64,000 nucleotides of DNA from a virus (IMGVR_UViG_3300032770_000019:8495-72494), one strand, 5' to 3'. Positions 9,633 to 20,417 are shown, counted from the first letter of the stretch. Notes: generated from the letters alone by a model not told the origin. Program-made: numbers and translations.

Positions 9633-9932
9633 ATGAACCCGGTAGATACGTTTCGCAGGAACATGCGCTATTATCGATTGAAGCGCGGCTGGACGTTCCA
9701 GGAGCTATCTCACTACTCAGGAGTGTCGGACTCCGTCCTAGCAAAGTTCGAGCGCTCACGATCTCGTGGACTGTCGCTTAGATCCGCTATAGAAATAGCT
9801 AGGTCACTTGAGGTGACAATGGACGATATGCTACGGGTTCAGGTAATACAAGAAAGCGAGATAGAAGATATGGAATACGAAATACGCTCACGATCCTCCC
9901 GCGCAGGAGCACTAAATCGGAGATCCGAATGA
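9633..9932 (+). CDS. XRE-family HTH regulator
   Basis: MRYYRLKRGWTFQELSHYSGVSDSVLAKFER...IARSLEVTMDDM. Confidence 0.85.
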   Translation: MNPVDTFRRNMRYYRLKRGWTFQELSHYSGVSDSVLAKFERSRSRGLSLRSAIEIARSLEVTMDDMLRVQVIQESEIEDMEYEIRSRSSRAGALNRRSE

Positions 9933-11152
9933 AGGAACTAGTATTTCCGCCTAACTGGAAGCAGCGACCGGTTCCTAAGGAACGCAAAGGTAAGTTCCTA
10001 GTAAGCGTAAACGAGCTTAACTCTTTCCAGCGGTGCCGCCGTGCGTGGGATATCACGTCACCGTCACGCCAGTCATTGCACCGTATCGGTATGCCCGTCC
10101 CTGCGTTGCACATTGGTAGTGCCGTTCACTATTCAATGGCTTCGCTGGCTCTCGGTGGCGATCCGGTAGCTGCCGCGTTGATCTTCTACGAGGATAGCAA
10201 GGAGCAGCTGGAAAAGAAGTATATCGAAACGGTCGGCGCACCCCTTAGTAGTCAAGAACTAGCGATATTGGCGGAACAACGTGACCAAGTCGTTGATATG
10301 GTTCGAGCTTATACTGCTCGCTACGGAAAGCGTAACCCTACTAAACCTTATAAGATTGTTGCGCCAGAAGTCACGTTCGAGATACCGCTCGTTCCAGATT
10401 ACGGCATATACCTCGTTGGGACTATTGACCGCGTGCATGTCGATGCTTACGGTAATCCTATACCTGGCGAGGTAAAGACCTACAAAGCCAAGCCGAATAA
10501 GACCGGCTGGCGCTATAACCATCAAGTGTACGGTTACGCAGCTGCGCTACAGGTGCTAACGCGTAAGAGGGTACCGTTGGCGCTATACGATGGAATACGC
10601 AAGAAAGCACCCGAGCCTCCTAGGATATTGAAAGATGGAACGGTATCTACAGCTTGGATTGATACTACATACGATCTTTACCGAGCTACGCTCCTCGAAG
10701 TGTATAACGGTGATAAAAGTGTACTTGTTCACCCGGCGTACGCTCCGCTATTGCAGCGTCTGTGGAACCGTGATCACTCCGCAGACAGTGCGTTCCATAC
10801 GAGGTTCCGGGTGCCGATATCACAACACGCGATCGAACTATGGTGGGACCAAGCTCAGGTACTAGCAATGGAGATGGCGCATTCTCCGATAATCTACCCG
10901 AACTTCGACTGGCAGGGTTGTCCGTTGTGTCGGGTACGCGATCTATGCCACGCCATTCAAGGAGGAGAACTTCAAGCTCAAGACGTAATTCGTAGCGAAT
11001 TTACTAGGGGGCTAACACATACACGACAGGCAAAGCACGTAGCAACGCCGCAGAATGTCAAAAGCATCGATGACCTCATCGCGTTCGCTGGCGAAATGTC
11101 ACCGGACAGACCGTTCGAGATATCCACGGAGGCAGAAAGTGACCCGAGTTGA
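9929..11152 (+). CDS. PD-(D/E)XK Cas4/RecB-like exonuclease
   Basis: SVNELNSFQRCRR, GSAVH, GTIDRV...GEVKT, QVYGY, C-terminal CPLCRVRDLC. Confidence 0.85.
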   Translation: MKELVFPPNWKQRPVPKERKGKFLVSVNELNSFQRCRRAWDITSPSRQSLHRIGMPVPALHIGSAVHYSMASLALGGDPVAAALIFYEDSKEQLEKKYIETVGAPLSSQELAILAEQRDQVVDMVRAYTARYGKRNPTKPYKIVAPEVTFEIPLVPDYGIYLVGTIDRVHVDAYGNPIPGEVKTYKAKPNKTGWRYNHQVYGYAAALQVLTRKRVPLALYDGIRKKAPEPPRILKDGTVSTAWIDTTYDLYRATLLEVYNGDKSVLVHPAYAPLLQRLWNRDHSADSAFHTRFRVPISQHAIELWWDQAQVLAMEMAHSPIIYPNFDWQGCPLCRVRDLCHAIQGGELQAQDVIRSEFTRGLTHTRQAKHVATPQNVKSIDDLIAFAGEMSPDRPFEISTEAESDPS

Positions 11153-11361
11153 ACGCAGCTGCAGCGACACACGCTAGGACTTCGCATGTAACGATTAAGG
11201 AGCTCAGAAGGCGAATTCGCAGCGAGCAGACACTTCGCTATCGCTCACTACGTGAGCTTAAAGATAGCGGACTTTCCTATCGCGCCATTTCAAAGCTCAC
11301 GGGTATTCCGAGGAGCACCGTCGCGTACGTACTAAACAACCCGGAGGAGTGGTACCAATGA
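11149..11361 (+). CDS. Small HTH DNA-binding protein
   Basis: GLSYRAISKLTGIPRSTVAYVL. Confidence 0.7.
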   Translation: MNAAAATHARTSHVTIKELRRRIRSEQTLRYRSLRELKDSGLSYRAISKLTGIPRSTVAYVLNNPEEWYQ

Positions 11362-11936
11362 GTAAGCCTGAGATTTACGTGTCAATCGACATCGAGACCG
11401 ATGGTCCGGTAGCCGGAATCAATTCAATGCTGTCGCTAGGTGCAGCAGCATTCGTGGACGATCCGGTTACGCCACTCGATGAGTTCTACGACAAGCTCGC
11501 TCCACTTTTCGGAATGGTATCGAATCCGGAAACGATGAAGTGGTGGGAAACGCAGACCGAGGCATACGCCGAAGCAACACGAAATCCGAGCGCACCGCAC
11601 GAAGTAGTAGCTGCCTTCAATATCTGGTGCGAAAAGCTTTCTAGCGACGGAAAGCTAATCGCGGTCGCCTGGCCAGCGGCATTCGACTTTCCCTTCGTCA
11701 ACTACTACATGCACGCGTTCCTAGGAAAGAATCCACTAGGCTTCGCTTGTCTCGACATCCGCAGCTATGCGAATGGCTTGATGAAGGAAGCTAACTACTA
11801 CGGTCTCAAGGAGGAAGAGGTTCGTCACGTAGTCGGTGAGATCGACAAAACGGACCTACGTCCGCACTTCGCTATCGACGATGCGATCGAACAAGGCCGT
11901 CTCTTCATGGCACTACGAAAGCTGACATCGCAATGA
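11358..11936 (+). CDS. DEDDh 3'-5' exonuclease
   Basis: SIDIETDG, AAFDFPF, LDIRS, HFAIDDAIEQ. Confidence 0.85.
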   Translation: MSKPEIYVSIDIETDGPVAGINSMLSLGAAAFVDDPVTPLDEFYDKLAPLFGMVSNPETMKWWETQTEAYAEATRNPSAPHEVVAAFNIWCEKLSSDGKLIAVAWPAAFDFPFVNYYMHAFLGKNPLGFACLDIRSYANGLMKEANYYGLKEEEVRHVVGEIDKTDLRPHFAIDDAIEQGRLFMALRKLTSQ

Positions 11937-12118
11937 GCAAGATTACGAAAGCCGAAGCAGCAGCTATCGGTCGCCGAACGATTACTGAGGAGCGTAAGAA
12001 GAGAGAAGCTAAAGCGAGGGACATGTTTCAGCGAGGAAGGAAAATACCCTATATCGCCTACTATCTCGAGGTAAGCGAAAAGACCGTTTACCGCTATCTG
12101 AAAGGAATGCTGAAGTGA
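11933..12118 (+). CDS. Small HTH DNA-binding protein
   Basis: IAYYLEVSEKTVYRYL. Confidence 0.7.
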   Translation: MSKITKAEAAAIGRRTITEERKKREAKARDMFQRGRKIPYIAYYLEVSEKTVYRYLKGMLK

Positions 12119-13037
12119 GGCCGCTCTTTGTCGATGGTCCGTGGAAAGGTCGCGACGAGGAAGTATCGACCGACAATATCCAGCGGGGGCTTGCAGTCGA
12201 AGATAGCGGTCCCGACAAGGCTTTCGGTAGTCGTCCTAACCAGCCGGTGATCTACCACTTTCATCAGTTCGTGCTGCTTGGCCACGTGCTAATTATCGGC
12301 TCAGTGCAAACGAACCTGCAGGCGATAGCGTTCTCGGATATGAAGGACCTATTCGACGTCGTTACTAGCGACAGGGCAAAGGCAGCTCAGCAGCAATGAA
12401 CGTATACGTAGTAACGGAGCTTTCGCTCTTCGGTGCGATCAACGTCATCGGTATCTACATAGACGAAGTCGAGGCGCTTAGAGAAGCCAATAAGTCAACG
12501 ATGCGTAAGGTAGGTACGTTTCCGTTGCTTGGCGACTTGACAAAATTGTCAGTTGCGCCTATCCTGAAGACTGGAGGTGACGAAGGTGATCAGAGTAGGA
12601 GAGAGCTGGCGGACCCGTAACGGACATCGTCGCTGGGTGTCGATGCCGCTAGGACTTCTCGTGCTGTTCTTCGCGATTACGTGGCCATACTGGGCGGTAC
12701 TTTACTCGATCAAGCTGATCGTGCTACTGTTCTATATTTGCTACTGCATTGTGCGGTGGCTCGTCATAACGATAGGTGAGATTCATGGGGCTTATACACA
12801 CGCACGCGAGTAAGCAGCGTGACAAGGCACAAGCTAAGGAAGCTAAGGCTACTGCTAAGCTGGCGAAGGCCGAGCGCAAGCAGCTGAGCAACCAGCGGGG
12901 ACCGGCTAACCAGTGGGACGACATTCTCGCTGGCTTCGAATCGGGCGAGATAACCTGGGAGGACCTTGGTCGCATGCAGAAGATGCAAATGCCGATCGGT
13001 TACCAGATAAAGTGCAAGGCAGCGGAAAGGAAGGCTA

Positions 13038-13370
13038 ATGCTCGGAAGTCGGTGGACAAAGTCTAGCGATAGTGCCTACAACGGTAACTGCGTAGAGGCT
13101 AAGTTCGTAAGGTCCAACCATAGTACGGGGAATGGTGCCTGCGTGGAGATTAGCTACAACAAGTCCAGCCATAGCTCCTGCGGTGAATGCGTGGAAGTAG
13201 GTTATAAAAAGTCCAGTCGTAGTACTAATAACGGAGCCTGCGTAGAGACTGGCGGACCGAACTGCTGCGGAGCCGTCCACGTACGCGACTCGAAGAACCC
13301 GGAAGGCGGAATTCTGTCGTTCAGTCCGGAAGCGTGGCAGAAGTTCGTCGATACACTCAAGACCACTTAG
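13038..13370 (+). CDS. DUF397 protein with four tandem N-terminal motif repeats
   Basis: Four copies of (K/R)S(S/N)xS...GxCVE, then VHVRDSKNPEGGILSFSPEAWQKFV. Confidence 0.9.
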   Translation: MLGSRWTKSSDSAYNGNCVEAKFVRSNHSTGNGACVEISYNKSSHSSCGECVEVGYKKSSRSTNNGACVETGGPNCCGAVHVRDSKNPEGGILSFSPEAWQKFVDTLKTT

Positions 13371-13371
13371 A

Positions 13372-13408
13372 GTAGAAACCCGGTTACGTCTAGTAGCCGG
13401 GTTTCTAC
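13372..13408 (+). terminator. Hairpin terminator
   Basis: GTAGAAACCCGGTTAC / GTAGCCGGGTTTCTAC. Confidence 0.7.
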
Positions 13409-13411
13409 CTA

Positions 13412-13441
13412 TTGACAGGCCTGTAGCAAATCGGATAGACT
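13412..13441 (+). promoter_or_regulatory. Promoter with conserved spacer
   Basis: TTGACAGGCCTGTAGCAAATCGGATAGACT. Confidence 0.75.
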
Positions 13442-16061
13442 TAAATCAGGAGGTGACCGCAGTGGACATCGAAGAGCTCAAGAAGCTGTGGCAGAAGCTC
13501 GGCGGCAGTATGAATCAGGACGTTCCCGAAGCGGTATTCGAGGCAGCCATCGAATTCGGCGATAACGAAGGCTGGGACATAGTCTTCGATGAAAAGATGG
13601 ACCCGCTCGATCTCGGCTACCAGGACTGGAATCCGCAGATGCTAGCGGTCGTTCTCGTTCTGCTGCATATCAGTCGCGGTGCGGTTCCGAACTTCGTAAT
13701 GGAAGCTCCGTTCTAATGGCGCGTATCGTTATTACCGTAACCGATCAGGAAGCCGATGAGATTCGCGAGTGGCTGAAAACTCACGAGAAGCTTACTCTGC
13801 GCCCTATAGGCGGTAGCAGGCTATGGCACGTACTCGGTGCTGAGATAGAAGAGAAGGTGCGAGAATGGCCAGGCTAGTACTACTGAGCTTCAAAGACAAC
13901 GCTGAGGCTGAACGCCTAGCTCAGAACTTGACGGAGAACGAAGGCGATATCAGTACCGTCATTCCCTGTACGGCTCATATCGAATGGGTTATCGCTCAGC
14001 CGACAAAAGCGTGTCAGTGCGGGCTGTCTGAGCAGCCGGTAAAACGCTCGCGTAGGCGTAAAGGACTTAACCGTACCAGCGCAGATGCGTTCTCGAAAGG
14101 TAGGCGTTTCGGCTGGTGGTGCCATGCTACGTGCCACCGCGTTTCGCGAGGCGTGCTGGAACGCTTTGTCGCCAATCTGACTAACGGCAACTACGACCTG
14201 CTACCGGAAATCCTCGACGATCCCGAACGCGTGCCCAACGACATGCGTCGCTTCCACGACTTCATGCCGAACATTCGGAGCAAGCGATGAAAGTTATTCG
14301 CGTAACCGTCATCGTTGACAAACAAGGACATATTAGTATCGAGGCGTACGGTCCGCTAAAGGAAGGCGGACTTACGGTACTCCTAGAGGAAGCCGCCAAG
14401 ATAGCTAAGGAAGCAGGAAAGTAGGTGATCACTACTCTTCAAGATCTTATCCTGCAACTAGTAGATCTATCGAATAGCGGTCAGAAGAACGTAACCGTAA
14501 ACGTATCCGGACGCTGGGTCCAAATACGCAGCGTAACCGTAGATCCGAACGGGTTCGGTGCGTTTATTAACACGGAGGAGTAATGGATACTCACGAGCTA
14601 GTCGTAGCATTCGTGGCAGTGCGTTTCATCGCAGAGGCGGAGGTATATCCCGTCTGGGAAGCGTATAACCAAATGGTCCTAGGAAGTAGCTTTCCCGATG
14701 AAAAGCTGCCTCCCACTCCAAGTCGCACCGAGCTCACGGAAGTAGCAACTAAGCTAATGAAGCAGGCCCTTGTAGCCTTGCCCGAGGACGAAAAGGCGGA
14801 AGTAATACGTCTACTTAAAGAGCGACTGTGAATACCGCACTAGGTCCGGTAGCGTGGCTAAACCGACGCGAGCCGTATACGATACTTAAGCGACGGCTAT
14901 CACAAATGCGTCAGCTCGAGTTGCTACAGGAAATACTCGAGCTGAATCCGGGCTGCTTTAGCGCAGCTAGACTTTCACGTGACGGTCTGATAGCGGAGAT
15001 TCTTAACTATTACGACCTGCTAACTATCGAGTGCGTCGATTGTCCCGTATGCTGGGCTAGCGGGAGAACGCCTTGCTTTCCGAGCATTACGTACATTAAA
15101 GGCGTTAAGAACAGCGTTTACCCTACGCAAACGGAGCTCTATCGTCCGTACCATACCCAGCGGAGGACGCGTGCAATTAGAAAGGTCGGACTGCGTTAGT
15201 GGCTAAGATAAGCGAACCACGAATAGTCCTAATTGCGCACTGTAAGGACCCGGACTGCGACTGGAGCGAAGCACTAGAGGACACTCCAGTCGGTCACGGC
15301 CTAGAGCACTGTAACGCGTTTGCACACCCAGTAACGGAAATGCTAATCAGTGCGTATGATATGCTACCGGATGACTCGGACAAGCTGCATAAGGAGGCAC
15401 GTAATGGATCGGCTAGAGCAGGCGGAAAAAGCACTCAAGGACCTGCGTAGCGCAATCCGTGAAGGACACGAGATACTGCAAGGCTTCAAGGAAGCAATAC
15501 GTGAAGCACGCGAGTTCGAAAAGCATCAGCTTAGTCAGGACACGATAAAGCAGAAAATCGAAGATAAGCTAATAGCTGGACTAAAGGAGTTCGAGGAAGC
15601 ACTAGCTAAGGCTATTAGCGATGCAACGCAAGCTACCTACGATCGCTTTGACCTACTAGCGTCGATAATGCTAGGTGAAGACGCTGAAAGTGCTAAGAAA
15701 GGAATGCCGCCTATCGAGGAGCTAATCAAGCGCTATCGTGCTACCGCCGCGCGCCCGCCAGTAGCTGTTCTTACCGACAACGACCTAAAAGTCGGACTAG
15801 AGAAGATGCGAAAGGAACGCAATGCAAGCTCAAGACCTAAACTCCGAGATTTGCCTAGCACTTCACGAGGGCCCGGTACTACAGACGTTCAATAGCAATA
15901 TTACCTCCGTAGGTACGGTTTTCTCCGAACCGGGTCAAGCTTGGTTCGAGATACAAACGAACGAAGGTACTAAGCAGGTAATCGTACGCGATGCCGTAGG
16001 CCAGCCGGAAGCAACATAGACATTTGTCATACAAATCATCAGATACCCCCATGGGTATCGC

Positions 16062-16091
16062 CATTTACCTAAAGCTACCTTTAGGTAAATG
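16062..16091 (+). terminator. Hairpin
   Basis: CATTTACCTAAAG / CTTTAGGTAAATG perfect inverted repeat in an intergenic gap. Confidence 0.55.
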
Positions 16092-16138
16092 CGTTTCACC
16101 GGATAAAACCGAACTCTTTAGGACAGGAAAATAAGCCA

Positions 16139-16558
16139 ATGACTAATCAAACGGAACGTCCGGAAGACACTGTCCGCAGGCTAGCACGTGAGCTTACCGA
16201 GCTCGAGTCCGCAACACTAACACCGCGCGTAAAGGCGCAAGCATCAATAATCGATGCATTCCTCGACAAGAAGACAAGCGGCATCTACCAAGCTCAGCCA
16301 CTAGCACAAACCTGGACCCGGGTCGCAAAGATTGCTGAAGAAGCAGGCGAAGCTATCAGCGAGCTAATCGCGGCAACCGGTGCGAACCCGCGTAAAGGCG
16401 TTATTGAAGGCGCATACGAAAAAATGCTACAAGAGATCGCCGACGTATGGTGCACGGCACTCTTCGCGCTGATGCACTTCACCAAGGATGCGGACGAAAC
16501 GGAACGCATCCTCTCGGAATCTCTGGAAAAGGCATATCAGCGGGTTCAGGGTACTTAA
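16139..16558 (+). CDS. MazG-like nucleotide pyrophosphohydrolase
   Basis: KIAEEAGEA...GANPRKG...EIADV (ExxE...ExxD). Confidence 0.75.
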   Translation: MTNQTERPEDTVRRLARELTELESATLTPRVKAQASIIDAFLDKKTSGIYQAQPLAQTWTRVAKIAEEAGEAISELIAATGANPRKGVIEGAYEKMLQEIADVWCTALFALMHFTKDADETERILSESLEKAYQRVQGT

Positions 16559-16561
16559 GTC

Positions 16562-16591
16562 TTGACAGGCCTATAAAGTGTCTGATATGCT
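16562..16591 (+). promoter_or_regulatory. Promoter of the primase operon
   Basis: TTGACAGGCCTATAAAGTGTCTGATATGCT (18-nt spacer). Confidence 0.65.
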
Positions 16592-16713
16592 AGCCCTTTA
16601 AGGGTTAGGTAGGGAGAAAGGGCCTGGGGAGGTGACGACCCAAGCCCTTTCTCAGGAGGTCCGGCGACCAGACCGGAAGCTCCTTCCAACCTCCCGTGCC
16701 GGCAGGAGGTCAT

Positions 16714-17568
16714 ATGGATAGGCTATCAGGCTCCAAAAGCCCTGTCAAGTTCGACCTTTTCGTTGCGCAACAGCTAATTGACAGTGGTACTCCGCTGGTT
16801 ATCGCTAAGTCGATGCCGAACGGAAAAGTCAATCCTATCGAGAAGGCATGGCAGGACAAAACGCCTGACCAGCGGACACTCGACCAATGGTTGAGCGGTG
16901 TCGGTACCGTTCTGGGTGCCGTCATGGGTCGTACGTACGATGTCTTCGATTTCGACCCGCAAAATGGCTGTTCACTAGCCGAGTTTCTCGATTATTACGC
17001 CTCGCTTGGCAATAAGTCTCTTTGTGTGCAAGCCATAACCGCTACACCATCGGGCGGTCACCATCTTTGGGTACGTACCCTACAAAAGCCAAAGCGCAAT
17101 CCTATTACTCGCGGAGTTGACTATCAAGGTCAACGCACCTGGGTAGCCATTCCGCCTTCACGCAAGCCGAGCAAAGTCACCGGCGAAGTTTTGCCATACA
17201 AGTGGCTAGAGTACAATCCAGATGGAGGAACCGGCAATGACTCTGGCCTTGCTATTTGGACAGCGCTGTCGCAATGGCCGAACCATTCTCCGCTACCATC
17301 GAAACGCGAAGCGCAGCACCGCGAGTCCGAGAAAGTCACACGTTCCGACGTACGCGAATACCGAAAGGACGGACTACCTCCGAACTCGGATCACGACAAC
17401 CTACTAAGCCATATCACCTTCCTCCTATGCCTATGGGGAGCAAACGAGAATGTCGCACTCGAAATATGGCAAGACATCGTGGACAATACCGAACTCAAAG
17501 GACGCGAATACGAAGCGGAGCGTGACTTCTACCGTCACTGGAATGGAGCGTTGCGGAAGCTAAGATGA
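16714..17568 (+). CDS. Bifunctional DNA primase/polymerase (Prim-Pol)
   Basis: VFDFDPQNG, TPSGGHHLW, GVDYQG...VAIPPS motifs. Confidence 0.85.
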   Translation: MDRLSGSKSPVKFDLFVAQQLIDSGTPLVIAKSMPNGKVNPIEKAWQDKTPDQRTLDQWLSGVGTVLGAVMGRTYDVFDFDPQNGCSLAEFLDYYASLGNKSLCVQAITATPSGGHHLWVRTLQKPKRNPITRGVDYQGQRTWVAIPPSRKPSKVTGEVLPYKWLEYNPDGGTGNDSGLAIWTALSQWPNHSPLPSKREAQHRESEKVTRSDVREYRKDGLPPNSDHDNLLSHITFLLCLWGANENVALEIWQDIVDNTELKGREYEAERDFYRHWNGALRKLR

Positions 17569-18926
17569 GCAAAGAAGCTGATGAGCTCCTCAAGGACCGT
17601 AGCACTATCGGTGATTACACGCAATCCGAATACGCGGATCGCTTTACAGAAGAATACGGTGATCGCTTCCGTTACATACCTCCAGAGGACCGATGGCTAA
17701 ACTATAGCGACGGACGATGGCGCGAGGATCAATACGACGCAGCATTCCACTTCGCGGAAAAAATGTGTCGTCAGATTCTCGAAGACACTCCGAAAATGTC
17801 TAGCAGCGGAACAAAGACAAATCCGTACCGCGAAGTAGCACGCTCACGTTGCAGTGCAGCCAGTATCGCAGCGGTATGCCGAATAGCACGCACGAAGCGA
17901 CCGATCGTAACAACCCGCGACAAATTCGACGCTAATCCGTACTTGCTCAACACACCAAACGGCACATACGACCTGCTAACTGGCGAGATACTCCCGCACG
18001 ACTCGAAGCACATGATTACGCACATAACCAGCGGAGTATACTCCCCGGATATCGAAGCACCCGAAGACTTTACGGAATACTTCGATGAGGTACAAACGCT
18101 TGAATGGCAAGAACAGCTATGGCGAGCGGTTGGCTGCTCACTTCTCGGAGTGTTCGGTGAATACGCCTTCCTCCACACCGGTAGTGGCGGTAACGGTAAA
18201 TCCACCTTTCTCGATCTCGTAGGTGAAGCGTTGGGCGACTACGCTGATGAGGCCAGCTGGAAGGTCCTCCACAAAATCGGTGAAGAAGCTCACGAAACCA
18301 TTCTCGAAGACCTTCGCGGAAAACGCGTATCGATCATTCATATGGGCTCGCGAAGTCTCTCACCCGAGCAACTGCGGCTACTCGTATCGGAATCGACCGT
18401 AAAGGCGCGTGGCATGCGCGAAAACATGCACACGTTTCGCGCATCGCATACCTTCCACGTATCAATGAACAATCCGCCTCCGATGAACGACCTTGACGCC
18501 AGTGTTCGGAGGCGATTGCTGATTGTACCGTGGAACGTAACTGTCCGTGAGCCCGACCCGATGCTAAAAGAGCGCCTACGAATAACCGCCAAAGACTATG
18601 TGCTAACGCAGCTGATCGATGGCTACCAGCGGTGGTCGCTTGCGCAATTCCCCCGTGATCCTACCGAAGCGCAATTCAGCAAAAACCCGATATATGCTTT
18701 CGGTACTACGTGCTGCGAATTCGACCCGACCTACAGCGAACTAACCGAAAATCTCTATGCAGCTGCTCAGCGATGGGCAGAGGACACCGGTGAAAAGCTA
18801 CCATCTCCGGCGATCTTCGGACGGACTCTTAGCCGCACCTTTAACCTTTCCAGCTATCGTACTAGCGGCTCCCCAAGAAGGAAAGGTTGGTCGGGTATTC
18901 GGCTTATTACCGACTACCATGTCTAA
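17565..18926 (+). CDS. D5/P4-family SF3 helicase
   Basis: FDANPYLLNTPNGTYDL, GSGGNGKST, LRGKR, RRRLLIVPW. Confidence 0.9.
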   Translation: MSKEADELLKDRSTIGDYTQSEYADRFTEEYGDRFRYIPPEDRWLNYSDGRWREDQYDAAFHFAEKMCRQILEDTPKMSSSGTKTNPYREVARSRCSAASIAAVCRIARTKRPIVTTRDKFDANPYLLNTPNGTYDLLTGEILPHDSKHMITHITSGVYSPDIEAPEDFTEYFDEVQTLEWQEQLWRAVGCSLLGVFGEYAFLHTGSGGNGKSTFLDLVGEALGDYADEASWKVLHKIGEEAHETILEDLRGKRVSIIHMGSRSLSPEQLRLLVSESTVKARGMRENMHTFRASHTFHVSMNNPPPMNDLDASVRRRLLIVPWNVTVREPDPMLKERLRITAKDYVLTQLIDGYQRWSLAQFPRDPTEAQFSKNPIYAFGTTCCEFDPTYSELTENLYAAAQRWAEDTGEKLPSPAIFGRTLSRTFNLSSYRTSGSPRRKGWSGIRLITDYHV

Positions 18927-18935
18927 CATAGGCTA

Positions 18936-19186
18936 GGACACTATCTTTTATAAGATACTGAGGCGATAGGACATGATAAGGACATGGTACCTAAACACCT
19001 TCTACTGCAAGGACACGATAGGACACGTAAATACACCACATATACCATGTACCTTACATGCACCCGTAAGGTTACATGTATGAATCCCAACGTTCTCAAC
19101 TTTCGTGTCCTATCGTGTCCTTGCAGTAGACGGTGCTTAGGATCGTATCCAGCGTACGCATACCGACCGTGTCCAAAACCATGTCC
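18936..19186. repeat. Iteron/inverted-repeat array, probable replication origin
   Basis: 37-bp inverted repeat (18991-19027 / 19104-19140, 2 mismatches); five GGACA on the left and four TGTCC on the right; directly after the helicase gene. Confidence 0.7.
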
Positions 19187-19366
19187 TGGCCTACGAAGGA
19201 GATAGCCTAGGTAATGCTAAAATGGCTATGGCGCCAAATACGCCTAACCTTTCACGACGTTCGCAAGAACTTCGACGCTAATGGTACGTGCAACTACTGC
19301 GGTAGCAAATGGCTACAATGCGAAACATGCAAAGGCTGGTTCTACGGAACGCACCATTGCCCGCCC

Positions 19367-19396
19367 TTGACAACCACTAAGGAAATCGGATAGGCT
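19367..19396 (+). promoter_or_regulatory. SigA-type promoter
   Basis: TTGACA-18-TAGGCT with AAATCGGA before the -10 box. Confidence 0.6.
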
Positions 19397-19434
19397 TGTC
19401 CTGCATAGCAATTCACCCCGCACTAGGGAGAGAC

Positions 19435-20289
19435 ATGCACAAGCTTTCATTCTTGGCTATTGCTGCGTTTGCGGCACTGGCCACCATCTTCGGCACCGTG
19501 GCGGCCTCCGCCTCGATCATCGGTGACCCGGCGGTGGTTACCGCTAACGGTGAGGCCGGCTACTTTGCCGACATGAACGGTCCGGGTCACTTCACCACGG
19601 CTAAGGACCAGTTCTACATCCGCAAGGCCGCCGAGCAGATGACCCCGTACTGCAGCAGCTACCCCTGCACGCCGAATCCGAAGTGGAGTGGAATCGGCAT
19701 CCAGCTGGGCAACGACTCAAGCAACAATGTGGCGCAGCTTGGTATCGTTCGTAACGGACCGGACTGCGTGGCGAATCAGTTCGAGGTCGGCTGGAGTAAC
19801 GGAACACTCTCGGCAACTACTGGAACGAACACGACGCCACTGAACTCAGGCGGTATCTTGCCGACGTTCCATCCGATGGTTCCCGCTCTGTGCGTTCCGC
19901 AGGGCGATACGCTCAAGCTGAACCTCACGGAAGTGCATCCCGGAGTGTACGAGGCGTATGCGAAGGACGTAACGCTCGGCATCTCGTCCAGTAAGGGCTT
20001 TGCCTCCCTCGACTTCCCGGACAACGCTGGCTTCGGCGTGGTGCAGGATATCGGTAGCCGGAGTGCTCCCGCCAACAACAAGTACGTTCACTTCGCCTAT
20101 ATCGACCTGAGCGACAACATCGGGGCACACAACGACGGCCTGCTGAACTCAGGCGGTGACTGGTCCGTTACCGGAGTGGCGTCCAACCCCGCTGGTAACA
20201 GCTCGACGCCATACCTCGTTGCACCGTCCGTCCTTACCGGTCAGGGTCATCACTTCGACATCTTCGTCGGTGCCCTGACCGGCGCCTAA
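19435..20289 (+). CDS. Secreted beta-rich protein, weakly G1 glutamic-peptidase-like
   Basis: Signal peptide MHKLSFLAIAAFAALATIFGTVAASA; AGY, AQLG and VPQGDTLKL motifs. Confidence 0.6.
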   Translation: MHKLSFLAIAAFAALATIFGTVAASASIIGDPAVVTANGEAGYFADMNGPGHFTTAKDQFYIRKAAEQMTPYCSSYPCTPNPKWSGIGIQLGNDSSNNVAQLGIVRNGPDCVANQFEVGWSNGTLSATTGTNTTPLNSGGILPTFHPMVPALCVPQGDTLKLNLTEVHPGVYEAYAKDVTLGISSSKGFASLDFPDNAGFGVVQDIGSRSAPANNKYVHFAYIDLSDNIGAHNDGLLNSGGDWSVTGVASNPAGNSSTPYLVAPSVLTGQGHHFDIFVGALTGA

Positions 20290-20292
20290 AAA

Positions 20293-20417
20293 GACCCTGC
20301 CCGGACCCCCGAAGGTAAGCCAGGCCTAGGTAGCTTTTCAGCGACGTTCCGCTGGGGTAGGCTAACAGCTGAGAAGCCGAACGGCCGGCTATCAAGAGTA
20401 CGGGGTCTGGGCAGGTC
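20293..20417 (+). ncRNA. Candidate structured RNA (nested stems)
   Basis: CCTGCCCGGACCCC/GGGGTCTGGGCAGG outer stem; GCTTTTCAGC/GCTGAGAAGC inner stem. Confidence 0.35.

Noticed and set aside
9929-11152. Cas4-like gene as evidence of a CRISPR system
   Set aside because: No repeat-spacer array or other cas genes seen; solo Cas4/RecB-like nucleases are ordinary phage recombination genes.
18984-19205. 73-aa ORF after the helicase
   Set aside because: Lies wholly in the inverted-repeat array, with no SD and no protein-like features.
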